In this document: positions 15,836-30,989 of the stretch, piece after piece
Numbering within the stretch: position 1 is the stretch's first letter
How the letters are laid out: every line of letters begins with the position of its first letter
From: Octopus vulgaris
Taxonomy: Eukaryota
Direction of reading: 5' to 3'
NCBI GenBank assembly: GCA_951406725.2
Contig: OX597818.1
Span: forward strand, 35,526,001 to 35,590,000
Length of the DNA stretch: 64,000 nucleotides
The notes under the pieces: model-generated
The model's database searches: none
What the model was told of the DNA's origin: nothing
Seen by the model: only the letters and a program-made list of their open reading frames with translations
Program-made: the position numbers and the translations under genes

Positions 15836-18070
15836 TAGGACACAAGGTAGAGGTCTAATTGTGAGAATTATAATCAGTAGATGTTTAATTACGGCAATGA
15901 AAACCAGTATATTATGCATGCTTAACTACGAACCACGAATAATATTTGACCTAGTGTCCGTATAAGAAATAATTAGCATTATACATAGAGACAGAATACT
16001 ATACATTGGGACAAAATTTGTAGGGAGCTTAACCTTGCCATATTTAGAAACAATCCTGAAAATAATACGTTCTGTTCGAGTAAAGGGTGACTTTGCCTTT
16101 TAGTAAAATGAGAAGTTTAACTGTGATAATAAAAACCCAGTAATTTACGGAACATCGGATCAGAAATAAGTGAGATAGAAGCTGTAATTGCTTCAATTAA
16201 AATCACTATATTATAGATGGCCATTTTGTTGTCCTCGCGACCTGCAACTGGATGGCTGAACTAAATACTACAAAGAACTCTAACGTTGTTTGAATGTAGG
16301 GAATTTGGATAATTTAATATACCTTGGTAACAAAAATCCTGATTAGAAATTTTGACTCTCCTTCCACATACGAACCAGTCCGCATTTGTGTAATTTTAAA
16401 TAGTACTTTCTGCCGACGCATCACCACTAGGTTTTTAATACTCCGGTGTTTATTAGACATATTAAATGTTGTATGGAATGTAACGCGACCCTTTATGGTT
16501 CTGTCAGAGGTATGAACCATTTCAGGTCAATTGGAAGAGTCGTTCTAACATCAGATAAATTACTTTAAGTTCATCTTTCCGACTCTCTACATGATACGCT
16601 TTATCCTCTCGGGGTCAATAAAAAAAGATGCTTGCACGGTACTGAGATTGATTTTCCTAATTCTTTCCTTCTTCTCTTCCTGTCTCTGCTATCCCGCAAG
16701 AAATCGGATGTGGCCAGACTTGGTCTAAAACAGCTCATGACATACTACATATCATGCTAGCTCCCTTACCATTCCACCAAAAAGTAGAGACTCCAAGCCA
16801 AGTCTTTCCCCACTTTAAAAATGCAAACGAATATTTTATATCGCATGCTGTCAAACATGTTACGTTCATTTGATAAGCAATGTTATTTCACAAAGCATGG
16901 AAAACGAAAAATGATTATAAAATCGTAAACGAAAAGTTCTTTAACTTACCAGCCACTAAAATGTACATCTGACGTAAAATGAACAATCCAGTTAGGCCAA
17001 ATTTTGACACATTCAACATTGTGATAGAAATTAGATTTGTTATCGCTCCTAGAGATTTGATTTCGCTCCTATGATTTCAATTTTTTTCTTTTTCTATGAG
17101 TGTTAAACTGAAATCAAAGTGTCCAAGTTCTTGACAGTTTCAAGCAAACTGTCCTAAATTTGTTTGAGTAAAAATACTTTCCCATGATTCGTACAACAAT
17201 ATTTACGCTGAAATTTCCGTGCTATTTCCTTGTACAGTATCCATAAATTTCTCGTTTCTTCCAATATTACTTCAATGGTTAATACTTTCGGTTGTCATGT
17301 GAGCTGAAATAAAATAGAAATAGAAGTTTATTATTAATAGCCAAATACAACGATCTACTTCTCTTGCACTCTCACTCTCTCTTTCTATCTCACTCTCTCT
17401 TTCTCTCTGTTTCTCTCTGTCTCTCTCTCATTTTCTCTGTACATAACTTAAAACATTTATAAACATTTTCTATGCGATGAAATGAATACATGAAGTGGTG
17501 TTATAGACAAACTTGACATAACGAAAAAAAAAATCAATTAACTGTGTTCATAGCTGTTGTAGCTGCTATATTGTCCTGCTGATAAATAATTCTCGAATCA
17601 GGTGAGGATGAAACCTGTCTGTTCTAGATATTTATATATATAGAATGAATAATGCCTTTGTTTCGAAAGGTATACAAAATGAAGGACACTATCAGTAAAA
17701 TACTGTCCTTAACAGTGAAAGGACACTTTAGAGCACTTCGAATTTGTGTATCAAGAAGCGCTTTATAAATGATGAGGGAACATTTACGACAAGTATATCA
17801 GATGGTATTGGGCACAGTTTCAAATACAAACCTGTCATAGGCAAGGGCTTACCAGGAAACTAACAACATTCCGAAGCTTGCCCAATGAAATTCTTTGAAT
17901 GCTAGATAAGTTGTTGCATTTGTATTTCTCTTATGTTTTTTCTCTTCTAAACATGAAATGCATTAGCACCTGAAATACTATCAAAATAAATGATGGAATT
18001 ATGCATTTTCTGTAATGATGCACTACATAAGCTGCACACACAAACCTATGCGTGCACGAACATTATATAC

Positions 18071-18139
<69 letters not shown>

Positions 18140-18252
18140 GTATATGTGCATGTGTATATAGATCATATACACCTATATTTGCGTCTATGTATATATAAGA
18201 ATTTATGGCGTAATGAGATAAAAAAAAACAAGGCTGTATAGATAGAACATTT

Positions 18253-18397
18253 GAAGCATTTACGTACGTCACAAGTGTCTTTAAGAAAGGTATGTGGCGA
18301 TATATTCCTATCATTTGCATCTACATCCCTTTATATCTGGAGTCAAGTGTCTAGATATCTATCTATATCTATATCTATCTCTCTCTCTATCTCTCTC

Positions 18398-18428
<31 letters not shown>

Positions 18429-18562
18429 CTCTCTCTCTCTCTCTCTCTCTACTACATATATATATATATATACATACATACATACATATATATGTATGTA
18501 TATATCCATACATACATACATATGCAAATCTCTTCTATCTATCTATCTAGCTTGCTACCCAG

Positions 18563-18622
<60 letters not shown>

Positions 18623-19279
18623 ATATACGTACATGTATACATATATCTATGTCTATATATATATACACACATATATAATACACACATGTGTGCGTAATAC
18701 ATGCATTATATAACATTCTTATCCGTTGCTCTACCGATTTTTTTATGAACCGTCAAGTAAGAACAAAGACAATTTCCTCCATTTTTAAAATGCATGAAAC
18801 ACGTTCAGTTTAAGTTGGTGTTTGTCATCAATCAAGATTATAAAACATTGAAGTAATAAAGAAATAATGTCGTAATAAAGTAGAAAATTAGGAAACAGGT
18901 GTATCATAGAAAAACAGCCACGGATATGAAATTACATGTATTACTATTTGGTTGCGCGGATTCGCATTAAAGCTAATCTGAACTAAACAAAAGAGAGGAG
19001 ACACAAAGTTCATTATTCTATAAAGGATGAAACGTTAACAATAACGCTAGCTAATGTCAGCAAAAATAACAATAATGCTTCGTTATAAGGGATAATTTTC
19101 TGGGGACGTTTTCCTTAGGATGGGGCAATTTTCTGAGGAGTTGAATTTATGATTTAGTTTTCGTATTTATACGAAGCATTTACGTACGTCACAAATGTCT
19201 TTAAGAAAGGTATATGGCGAAATTTTCCTATCAATCGCTTCTACATCCCCTTTATATCTGGAGTCACGTGTCTAGATAT
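18253..19279 (+). repeat. ~106 bp direct repeat pair (18253-18358 and 19173-19279)
   Basis: gaagcatttacgtacgtcacaa.tgtctttaagaaaggtat.tggcga...tttatatctggagtca.gtgtctagatat occurs twice, 920 bp apart. Confidence 0.88.
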
Positions 19280-19650
19280 AAGAAACCAATGTAAAAGATT
19301 GCGCATTGTCTTCAAGGTTAGTCTATTATGTTTCGTTATGAGCATCAAATTACGCTATTTTGAAATCTGTGACTCGGAGCTATTTATCTTAAGTTGGGAT
19401 TAAATAGAAGATCAAAAATGTTATTTATGTGTGTGTGTGTGTGATAATTTTATTACTGTTTATATATCCTCGTTATTGAATTACTTCTGTGTTAGTGAAT
19501 GAGCTAGATCCAAACTATTTTAGAGATTCACCTACACTATACTTAGAAGAACTTCTTCTTTCGCATCATCAGTCACACAATCCTTGAAAATGATCTTGAT
19601 TCTTCCTCGCAAAATGTAATTTCAGTATAAGATGAGGCATAAGCATTTTT

Positions 19651-20054
19651 GAATCTTTTTGGTTTGAACGGCAGTTTTTAAAAATAATTTCCACGTAACT
19701 AAACACTCTTAAACTACGTATACTGGTAGAATGTGTTTATAAAACATCGTTTTCTCTTGGCTTTATTGAGAAAATTCTATGGTTTCTAAGATATTTGTTG
19801 TTTTTACTTCAATTTCTGCAATTTCAACCAATCATCGACGTCTATTGAGGTGAAAACATTCTGTGCCGTATGAATATGTCCCTCGTTTAAGAAACAGATT
19901 GGGTTTATTTACATTTCTGAAGAAAAAAAGATACACTTCTCCCCACCCCTAACCCAAACTAATCCTAACCCTAAAACAGATTAGGGTCATAATTATGGGT
20001 GATAATTTCATATGACACCGCTAGAAAAAACTGCAGTTCAAACCGAAAAGATCC
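19651..20054. mobile_element. MITE with ~30 bp TIRs and 8-bp TSD (Merlin-like; hAT not excluded)
   Basis: TIRs gaatctttttggtttgaacggcagttttt / aaaaactgcagttcaaaccgaaaagatcc; flanking duplication gcattttt at 19643-19650 and 20055-20062; the right TIR reads GG at its terminus. Confidence 0.8.
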
Positions 20055-20109
20055 GCATTTTTTCCGGGCAAAATACTTAGCAGTATTTCATCCGTCGTTC
20101 TGAATTCTA

Positions 20110-20927
20110 TCTGTGAATATATTGCCGTCCAAATTATGCAAAAATGAAAATAACACTGACATCTCACTTTACTAGATATATTTACCAAAATTACATAAAA
20201 ATATATTGAAATACTGTGAGTAAATTTATTCAATAAAATCGCTATTAGCTTCAGCCACGGCTTCCAGACGACTTCGGAACCTCCTGCAACTCTTTTGGAC
20301 GGCCACTTTGATTAAATTGGTGAATGCTGCCATAATTCTTGCCTTCAGTTCATCTTTGGCGTTACATGGAGTTTTGTTGGTCTCCACTGCGCTCCACATG
20401 TAATAATCAAAGGGGTTGCAGTTTGGGGAGTTAGGTGGCCAGATGTTGGGAGTGATGTAGTTGCAGAAATTGTCAGACAGCCATGACAGGGTTCTCCTGC
20501 TTGTGTGACAGGGTGCAGAATCCTGTCGCCAGACGTAGGGTCTTCTAGCAGCCACCCTCTTGACCCAGGGCAGCATGGGTCAAGAGGGTGGCATAACGTC
20601 ATCATCGCTTGGTGATGAATCGAAACACGATGATGTTGAGCGGGTGTTTGATTTTTATGACTCTCGGTACATGTCCTCAGATTGACATTCAAGCACTCTG
20701 AAATGTCCGTATTGGAGCTTCCGGCGCGAATGCCAAGCGGTAGAGCATGTCATTTCCAAATTTCTGGCTGAGTGAATTGCATTATAGTATTGTTTTTTTT
20801 CTGTCATAGACGGTGCTCAAGTGAACCTACTAAAGTGTGTAGTGGACAGAATAACAATAACAAAAGAAAAAATGCGCATGCGCAGAGTTGAAAGTATAAA
20901 TGGCGACAATTTACCCATCGCACACTG
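20110..20927 (-). mobile_element. maT-type DNA transposon relic
   Basis: Terminus cagtgtgcgatgggtaaattgtcgccattt (minus) abuts TA at 20928-20929; the other end is degenerate near 20110. Confidence 0.7.
20226..20782 (-). pseudogene. Internally deleted Tc1/mariner-superfamily transposase, DD37D (maT) type
   Basis: QDSAPCH...WPPNSPNCNPFDY with 37 residues between the last two catalytic D; N-terminal HTH-like IRAGSSNTDISECLNVNLRT; stops and deletions present. Confidence 0.88.
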
Positions 20928-20956
20928 TATATATACATTAACACACACACACAAAC

Positions 20957-20993
<37 letters not shown>

Positions 20994-21147
20994 TAGACAC
21001 ACACACTTATATATATATGTGCATATACCTTAATCTATTAAACGGCTGAAAATTGACAAATGTGACACAGAGATCGAGGTTTCGTGAACAACACTTATGC
21101 ACGAAACTGTCGGCCATCCCTTCCTATCATTTTGTAACGTTTCTGTC

Positions 21148-21222
<75 letters not shown>

Positions 21223-21360
21223 TGTGAGTGGTGTGTGTGTGTGTATGTGCATATATACACTTATATATTGAGTTCTATAAAATATTGCTTCCTTCATCCG
21301 CCCCTCTGTCTTTTTCTTTCCCTCCCTCTCTAATAATATATACCTAGATTCATAAGTTTG

Positions 21361-21412
<52 letters not shown>

Positions 21413-22034
21413 AACTTCTAAATCTCTACACACATATACATTTATGCACAGACGTACACTCACTCACTTAGAATTACATACATATTCCAGCAATGTATTC
21501 ATGCTATTTGCAGAGATTGATGCCATAGCAGAAAATACTTATTCATGCATAACTACAAACAGTGAAATAGATATATCACGCTCGCTCTGTACATGTGTGC
21601 GCATATGAATGTGTGTGTGTGTATGTATGTGTTTGTTTGTGTGTGTATGTGTGTGTATATAAGTCTTTCAATGTCGAGTCCGTATTGCAAAGCCGGTTTT
21701 GTTTCCTGACCGCTGTCAAATCACATCACCTGTGGCCTTGAGAAAACTTTCAATTGCTCACGACTTTATTCCTCTCAATAAGAAATCGAATTACATGTTC
21801 ATGTATACGCACGCACGCACGCATGCATGCATTCAAGCACGTACACACAGAGGCGTGCGCACGCACAAATATACATTTGCACATACATGCATAACCTCCG
21901 TCATACACAAAGTGTAAGTGTGTATGTGTATGTGCATGTATGTGTGCGTGCGTGCGTGTGCGCGTGTATGCATAAGTGTGTGTGTGTGTGTGTGTGTACG
22001 TATATATATATGGTCATATCTGGTATATGTATAG

Positions 22035-22146
22035 GCGCAGGAGTGGCTGTGTGGTAAGTAGCTGGCTTACCAACCACATGGTTCCGGGTTCGGGCCGGCC
22101 AAAGTTTTGTGGGTGGATTTGGTACACGGAAACTAAAAGAAACCCG

Positions 22147-22148
<2 letters not shown>
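22035..22148 (+). mobile_element. Family A SINE 5' part with internal deletion
   Basis: ggcgcaggagtggctgtgtggtaagtagctggcttaccaaccacatggttccgggttc. Confidence 0.8.
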
Positions 22149-23404
<1,256 letters not shown>

Positions 23405-23622
23405 CTGCGTGTCGTGTATGTCACGCACATACGGATGCGCTTATGCATGTGTGCGTGGTATGCTTGTGAAACCGAAATAAAGAAAATTGGATTGAAAGTT
23501 TCCCGATGAAAACACCAAATTATTATTCACTAGCCATACTTCACTGAATCTTATTTCCACTAATAAACAAACAACATCTTTATTGAAATTGCTTCCATAT
23601 ACTCATTCTCTATATTTAGTAG

Positions 23623-23686
<64 letters not shown>

Positions 23687-24141
23687 CATTCAGTATTCGT
23701 GCAAGAAATAACATCATATCCTATTAATGATCGCGATGACTGCCACAGGTTTGTGCAAGGCGTCAACAATATATCATGCCGCCACGCAGTTAAATAAATA
23801 GGATTCGTGGACTTTATAACCCGGTAATATCCTTTTGTGAAATTTATATTATTATTGTTTCAGTTAACTGCTAATGTGCTTGTTTAATGAAAAGAGAATA
23901 AGAAATCGTTTATTCTTTGGTAATAATAATAATAATAATAATAAGAAGAAGAATGATGATGATAATGATGATGATGAAGATGATGATGATAATAATAATA
24001 GTTCAGCTGTAATTCTGTAAGCAGATTATAGACAAGTGTTATTTTCATTCATATGTTACGACATAACAGCTATGTTAAAATGCTGGCCTGTGCGGGCCGT
24101 TATTTACACATCATCTCTATGTATATGTGTGTGTGTATGTA

Positions 24142-24223
<82 letters not shown>

Positions 24224-25732
24224 TACGTATATATTCTCTGGGTGAATCGGAAAGCAAACGTTTCTTTTTTATTTATTACTTCAGAAAGACAAACAATTTC
24301 TATATCTTTAACTAAAAGCCCGCGATAAACTGACTCAAGAGAATAGTATCTGTATTTAAGATGTTATATGCTGCAACAGAGGGAATAAGCTATTATTAAC
24401 ACGTTTCGGTTCTATCCACGCCATCCCTCGATTTGCCGAAAATAATAGCTAAATACATGAATTTAGCTATTAAATTTATCGTATCGACTTTCAAAAAAAA
24501 AAAAAAGACTAAAAAAACAGGCACTTAATATGTAACCTTAAAATGCCTAAAAATATTTGATAACCACATCTGGAATAACTTTCATTATAGACCTGTGTTA
24601 AACAGGCTCAATGTCTTGTTATTGCTAATTCAATGTCCGTTTTGGTTGATTTGACTCCTTTATACTTAATACTGTAATATACAGATTTCGATTTCACCTA
24701 AAAATATTGGGTTTTGTGCCTAGACAAAAGAAACTGAATATTCAGGAATTTTTTCTATTTATCCATTTCGAATTTCAAGAAAAGGCTAACCAATTTTAAC
24801 CATTTTGGAATTTGCATTATTCATTCTTGCAGAAGCACAAAATTGGAGCACAATAAATTATGACACGGAAAGCCTGTCAAAAGAAGTTATTTCAGCAGAT
24901 AGTATGTAGAAAGAAGAATGGCGAATAGTAGAGTAAAGATATGCAACAGTGATCGACGAATAAATGAAGATTGGGCTGAAAAATAGTTGAAAATGATAGA
25001 TATATGCATGATCAACAGTAGTCAGACGGCTTTGATTTACAAGTTGTAAACTACTAAGAGGCTAGAAAAAAAGAAAATAAAAAAGAAAGAGAGAGAGAGA
25101 GATAGAAGGAGAAAATAAAATAAGATCTTTAACCAATCAGCTATCGCATTCAGGAAAAGTTGTTTATAACGTATATCGTATTCGATATCAGCCATTGAGT
25201 TGTTTTTGAAACCTTTCCATAAATAGAATTTTATTACTTGTTACTATTGCCGTTTGTGAAGATGGTGCATGTTACTTGGTGTCAGAGTAAATCATTTGCA
25301 TTATCTTGTTTAGAATCTCACTTTTTTTCCTGAATTCAAATGAGATCTTGCCTTCCTTTTCTCATGTGTTGGGTATATAAATGCCGCGAATACGCATGAA
25401 GAGATTCAATTGATTGTATATTCTTTCCTTATTGTATTCAATATATTTGCTGTTCACCCTAATCGAAAGTAATTGTTATAATTGTTTTTCGTTGTTTTCT
25501 TCACAGATGCGAATTTGCGCGGTTACATTTCACCATGCAAAAAAACAAAACAAAAAAAAAAACAAAAAAGAAACAAAAACAAAAATAGAACGGAAGATGA
25601 AACGTATTGTTCGTATCAATACTTTTCAACGCCTCAAAACCTTAAGCTACAAGGTTATGCAAGACCCTCCTCCTCATACTACTCCCTCTCCACTTTCTCC
25701 AACCCCTCCTTCTCTCCCTCCTCTTCCCCTCC

Positions 25733-25734
<2 letters not shown>

Positions 25735-25763
<29 letters not shown>

Positions 25764-25826
25764 CTTCTTCTTCTTCTTCTTCTTCTTCTTCTTCTTTTCC
25801 TTCGTGGTCTTGCATTATTATCATTG

Positions 25827-25860
<34 letters not shown>

Positions 25861-25900
25861 ATTATTATTATTATTATTATTATTATTGCATTATTATCAT
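25735..25900. repeat. (TTC)n and (ATT)n microsatellites
   Basis: Directly visible. Confidence 0.95.
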
Positions 25901-25902
25901 TA

Positions 25903-26309
25903 AAGGCGAGCTGGCAGAATCGTAACCCTACAAGACAAAATGTCAGGCAGTGTTCCACCTGTCTTTACGTTCTTCGCTCAAGTGCCGCTGAGTCGATCTT
26001 TCCTTTGAGCATTGGGATCAATGTAATCGGCCTCTCTCTCCCACCAAATCCCTGGTCTTGTGCCTATAGTAGCAAGGATAATTATGAAGGCGGTGGGCTA
26101 GCAGATTCGTTAGCACGCAAGGCAAAAATGCTCAGCGGCATTTCGTCTGTCTTTACGTTCTGAGTTCAAATTCTGTTGGGGCCGACTTTGTCTTTCATCA
26201 TTTCGGGTTCGATAAATTAAGAACTAGTGAAACACTGGGGTCGATGTAATCGACTAGACCCATCCTCAATATTTCAGGCCTCGTACTTATTGTAGAAAGG
26301 ATTATTATT
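25903..26309 (+). mobile_element. Two diverged family B SINE copies in tandem
   Basis: aggcgagctggcagaatcgt... at 25903 and aggcggtgggctagcagattcgttagcacg...gagttcaaattc...ctttcatcatttcggg at ~26088. Confidence 0.75.
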
Positions 26310-26560
26310 GCCCGGTCGCCCTCCTTTAATCGGGCAGGCAAGGCAGTTTTCCTTTGGCTGGTGGTTGTGGTTAAAGAGGTTGTCTGGTGGACGAGGCTGA
26401 CAGGCATGAGGGCACATACATTCCGCTTTGATAGAGGTCTCATTGACGTGTTCAAGTTTCGCTTGAAATGGAAATTGAGGGCGGAGAGAGAAGTGCTGTT
26501 GTCGAATGAGTTCATTGAAAGGGGTTGGGAGTTGCGAAAATGGCAAGAGTGGATGGTGTC
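26310..26560 (+). mobile_element. Tx1/L1-clade ORF2 C-terminal fragment
   Basis: AVFLWLVVVVKEVVWWTRLTG...LIDVFKFRLKWKLRAEREVLLSNEFIERGW resembles the K..IW..R ... F...L...R.E...F...W tail of Tx1-type ORF2; GC-richer than flanks. Confidence 0.6.
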
Positions 26561-27049
26561 ATCATCGTCATTATGATAGTAATAATAACTCCTTCACCAT
26601 CAAAAACACATACTTGTTCATGAAGTGTGTGAGGCGTCATCCTTTGCGTTTGTAGAATCACATTTATACGCTGCTTCAGTTTTGCTGCATTTGCGTGTAG
26701 AGGGTTTGTTAAGTAGTTGGCTTATGGTGATATTTTAGTGTTTGAAAGCTGCATTATTCTGTTTTGTGATATTTGATTTTTCGTTCGTACTGTGTGTTTC
26801 AGGGCGAAGTTACTTTAACGTATGTGACATGTGGCGTGTGATATTAACAAGCGACAACTGAGTAAATTATGAGGTGTGTGTGTTTTTCTTGTGTTAGAGC
26901 CAAGCACTGAGTATATAACAATTTACATTAATTTGATATAACTTGAATCTAGCATAATTTTTCGTTATTTTATATTTATAATCGTATTAGTGTATTATTT
27001 AATTGGATGGGGTTTAATATAGTATAGGTTACGTACTGAGCAGAGAGTG

Positions 27050-27300
27050 TACTGTGTCAATTACAATATGGGCTGTGTCCATCAGGGCAATTGCTTGTTT
27101 TTTCCTAAAATGTGTAACTTTGTGTGCCCAGTGTGTCGATAAATGATTTCTTTCACCACACCTGTTACTCTAGTTATAATTGGTGTTGTATTCATAGTCA
27201 TGCCCCATATCTCGCTTATTTCAGTTTCAAAATCCTTATGCTTTGACAGTATCTTCACCTCCTTCTGAGTAATGTTAATTCTTGACAGATAACAGTGACA
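27050..27300 (-). mobile_element. Old R4/Dong LINE 3' coding fragment
   Basis: Minus translation NITQKEVKILSKHKDFETEISEIWGMTMNTTPIITRVTG and QAIALMDTAHIV align with the 40156 ORF. Confidence 0.7.
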
Positions 27301-28657
27301 TTGGTTCGAACAATTCTAACTGTATGGTTGACAACAGCAATGTACACGTAAACACTCTATTTCTTTCAAAATTAAGTTAAGAAATGAAAAATGCTGCAAA
27401 GTTTCTTTCACTACTTCTGCAGTAATAAAGAGATGCTAAATGTGAACCATCTGACCAAGTAAAAAATTTGGTAGATAACTACGTGACTAGAAACAAATGT
27501 GGTTTTGCCGGAGTCTTCCATTCAAGAATAAAAAAGCAAGGTTTAATATATCGACATCGCCTAGAGCAGAGAGCAATTTTCAGTATTTTCTTAGAAGAAA
27601 TGGAGATGGTCCTAGCCATTCTGTTAAGCGATATCCTCTTGAAATTACGTCGTTATCTCGACTTGCCGAGTATCGGCTTCTTCTTTCTGTTTGAAACCAT
27701 ACGATTGCATAAGTAGATATAGTGATTAGTGTCGAGAGTTTTGTATAATTCATGAGTTAATTGGACGATTTAAGTGAAATTGGATTAAAATCTAAGCGAT
27801 GTGAATTTTAACAAAGGTCAAGGTTGAATAACTCATGCATAGCGATGTAGTTAATTACAATAGCCATATTATTACCATTGATCCACTTTTATCCTTATTA
27901 AGTATGATATTTCATTCTACACTACACTGACCTTGTTCCAACTGATATGCTCCATTTACCTCATTTATATTGTTCTCCCTCTATTTCTGTTGCAATTTAC
28001 ACTTGCTTAAATTTCTCTGACAATATAAATCCTCGTAACTGGTTTTATTTAACGTCACATAAGCATCTTGGTTCCATTTCTGCTACCGGTGTCAAAAACA
28101 GTATTTTACTACAATTATTTTCCACAAGATTTATAATTAATTTTAGATATTTGGTTGGGCTTCCTTCTAAATAGTAAGAAAGCCCGACCACTTGTTACAC
28201 TACTAGTTCCACTATTAGGACTAATTAAAAGTTATATTGTTTACATATTTAAATATGACCTAAAATACATTTAAAAAGCTTTCTTATCGATTAGCTAAAT
28301 ACAGAAGTAATACGATGTAACATAACTGCTGCTTATTGACAATCCTTAATTTCTATCCTTTAGAAAGCTGTTATTTGGATAGTTGCACCTATCTAAACTT
28401 CTAAATTTAACTATTCCACTGGGTAACGTTACTCAACTAGCAAGCGCTTGTCGTGTCTATTGAGTAAAACATAGAAATTGATATATATAATTCAGTGACA
28501 AAACTTGTAAGAAGTTAAATAAGATCTAGTTAGTAATGCTCCCGCAGACCAGTCTCCAAACACTACATATGTTATACGAATATAAGAAGAGTGCCTGTTT
28601 TAGAAGATGATGAACCACCGGACGGTTTTCTTTGCGAGCTAGCTTACAACTTTTTAA

Positions 28658-29043
28658 GTGGAGGCGCAATGGCCCAGTGGTTAGGGCAGCGGACTCGCGG
28701 TCGTAGGATCGCGGTTTCGATTCCCAGACCGGGCGTTGTGAGTGTTTATTGAGCGAAAACGCCTAAAGCTCCACGAGGCTCCGGCAGGGATGGTGGTGAT
28801 CCCTGCTGTACTCTTTCAGCACAACTTTCTCTCACTCTTACTTCCTGTTTCTGTTGTACCTGTATTTCAAAGGGCCGGCCTTGTCACTCTCTGTGTCACG
28901 CTGAATATCCCCGAGAACTACGTTAAGGGTACTCGTGTCTGTGGAGTGCTCAGCCACTTACACGTTAATTTCACGAGCAGGCTGTTCCGTTGATCGGATC
29001 AACCGGAACCCTCGTCGTCGTAACCGACGGAGTACTTCCATCC
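28658..29043 (+). mobile_element. tRNA(Arg)-like SINE (family C, OR-like), tail type 1
   Basis: gtggaggcgcaatggcccagtggttagggcagcggactcgcggtcgtaggatcgcggtttcgattcccagacc: A and B boxes, TCG anticodon-like loop; near-TSD aca(a/g)cttttta. Confidence 0.88.
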
Positions 29044-30266
29044 ACAGCTTTTTATTCACATTCCTAATATTGTTGTGGTATTTGGTGTCTGTGGTGTTTA
29101 GTCGTAGATCATTACTGACCAAGTAGAAACCTATTGTCAAAAGTATCCCAGTTGTGACCATTCTATCATTTAGGAATGCCTAAGACCACATTATTCAGTG
29201 TCATTGTTTAACACAGTGAGCTAGGATTGGAGATAGTTTGTCAGTTACTGCTAGTAGATTGAGCATCTTCGTTGATCCGTAGCATTGTTATTCTTGGGAA
29301 AGGCATAACCATCACAACACTAATTTCATTATTTCCTCAAACTAATAAAGCATCAATCCAATCTAAACAGACAATTCACACATTTCATGTTTGATTTTAA
29401 TTAAAAATGTTTATTGTTTATTATTATTTCCATTGTAGCCCGTATATGTTATGAGTTCGAATTCGATTACTAATTTCAGATCAATCTATTTCAGTGAGTT
29501 TGCTTTTAGTAAAAACAAACAAAACAACAACAAGAAATATTGTAATTCATATTAACGTTATACATTCCATAGCCATGCGTTTTATAGGATTCATTAATTT
29601 AAAATACCGCCCAGTGTTAAATGCTATTTTTGACGCGTTTTAGATTCACGTTTGCGATCGATTAAAATATTTTCCATATTGCCTTCATGTCTTTTCCACG
29701 CTCTAAACCTTCCGTTTCCTTTTAGACACAATTCTATAGATTTATTTCTTAATTCAACAAATTTAGGCGAGCCAATAACAGAAGCTGCTACGTTATTGGT
29801 CGCTTGATCTGATAAAAAACAAAAAAGACCAAAACTTTTTCAAATGATATCGGACTATATTCAATAAGGAAAAATAATGTAATTGAAGATACACTATGCT
29901 TTAAAATAAAGTAGTTTAATCTTATCTGGCTATGCCTAAACCACCTTTCATCGACCAGTGCAGACCAGGGGCTAAGCAACAGCTGTAACAATTTAGAAAA
30001 AAATTAAAATTCACTCATTACTGAAAGGCATCTCTCATCGTCTTCGATTAGTTTTTGTTTTGATATATTAGGAAGTAAAAGACATGCTTTTTTTTCTTTG
30101 GTGGAGTAGAAGTGCCTAGGAGATAAACGAGTGATAAGCTTAATTATTACTGATTTTTTAAAATATGGAAGACCAGATTCCTGGGAAAACAACAATCTAT
30201 GAGACTAAAAAAATGTGCTGACATCAACCACCCACATTCTCAGGATGTTTCTCTCTATCTAATATC

Positions 30267-30350
30267 CAGTAACCCCTCGAGTATCGCGGGTGTTACGTTC
30301 TACCCCGCCCTACACAATAGGTGAAAATCCGTGAAGTATAAACAGTAGTG
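30267..30350. mobile_element. Single pogo/Tigger-like terminus
   Basis: cagtaacccctcgagtatcgcgggtgttacgttc resembles Tigger-type TIRs; no partner end found. Confidence 0.4.
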
Positions 30351-30591
30351 TACTCTTACTCTCTCTCTTTACTCTTTTACATGTTTTAGTCATTTGACTG
30401 CGGCCATGCTGGAGCACCGCCTTTAATCGAGCAACTCGACCCCGGGACTTATTCTTTTGTAAGCCCAGTACTTATTCTATCGGTCTCTTTTGCCGAACCG
30501 CTAAATGACGGGGACGTAAACACACCAGCATCGGATGTCAAGCAATGCTAGGGGTACAAACACAGACACACAAACACATACACATACATAC

Positions 30592-30623
<32 letters not shown>

Positions 30624-30785
30624 GACAGGCTTCTTTCAGTTTCCGTCTACCAAATCCACTCACAAGGCATTGGTCGGCCCGGGGCTATAGCAGAAGACAC
30701 TTGCCCAAGATGCCACGCAGTGGGACTGAACCCGGAACCATGTGGTTGGTTAGCAAGCTACTTACCACACAGCCACTCCTGCGCC
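30351..30785 (-). mobile_element. Full-length family A SINE
   Basis: Complete head (ggcgcaggagtggctgtgtggtaag on minus) to (gagtaaaa)-like tail. Confidence 0.92.
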
Positions 30786-30989
30786 TATATATATTTAAAA
30801 AAATTATTTTTATAATTTGTATATATTTATTTTATTATAAATGCAAAACGGAGGGATCGATATAAGCTTAGATAATAAACCGTGATATGGCGAGGGATTA
30901 CTGTATACGTACTTTAGGTCTCTGATTGAGACCCGGTCGGAAAATGAACTAACATGCAATTCAATCAGAAAATGATAACAATAATAATG

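Noticed and set aside
16314-16520. 68-aa minus ORF ending at a possible AAG|GT donor
   Set aside because: No recognisable homology, and an in-frame stop lies just upstream with no convincing acceptor.
19538-19578. Minus-strand CTGATGA tgc GAAA GAAGAAGTTCTTC TA
   Set aside because: No helix II, and helix I does not pair; probably chance.
28658-28732. tRNA-Arg-like gene
   Set aside because: It runs into a SINE body, is multicopy with TSDs and has an imperfect acceptor stem; it is a SINE head.
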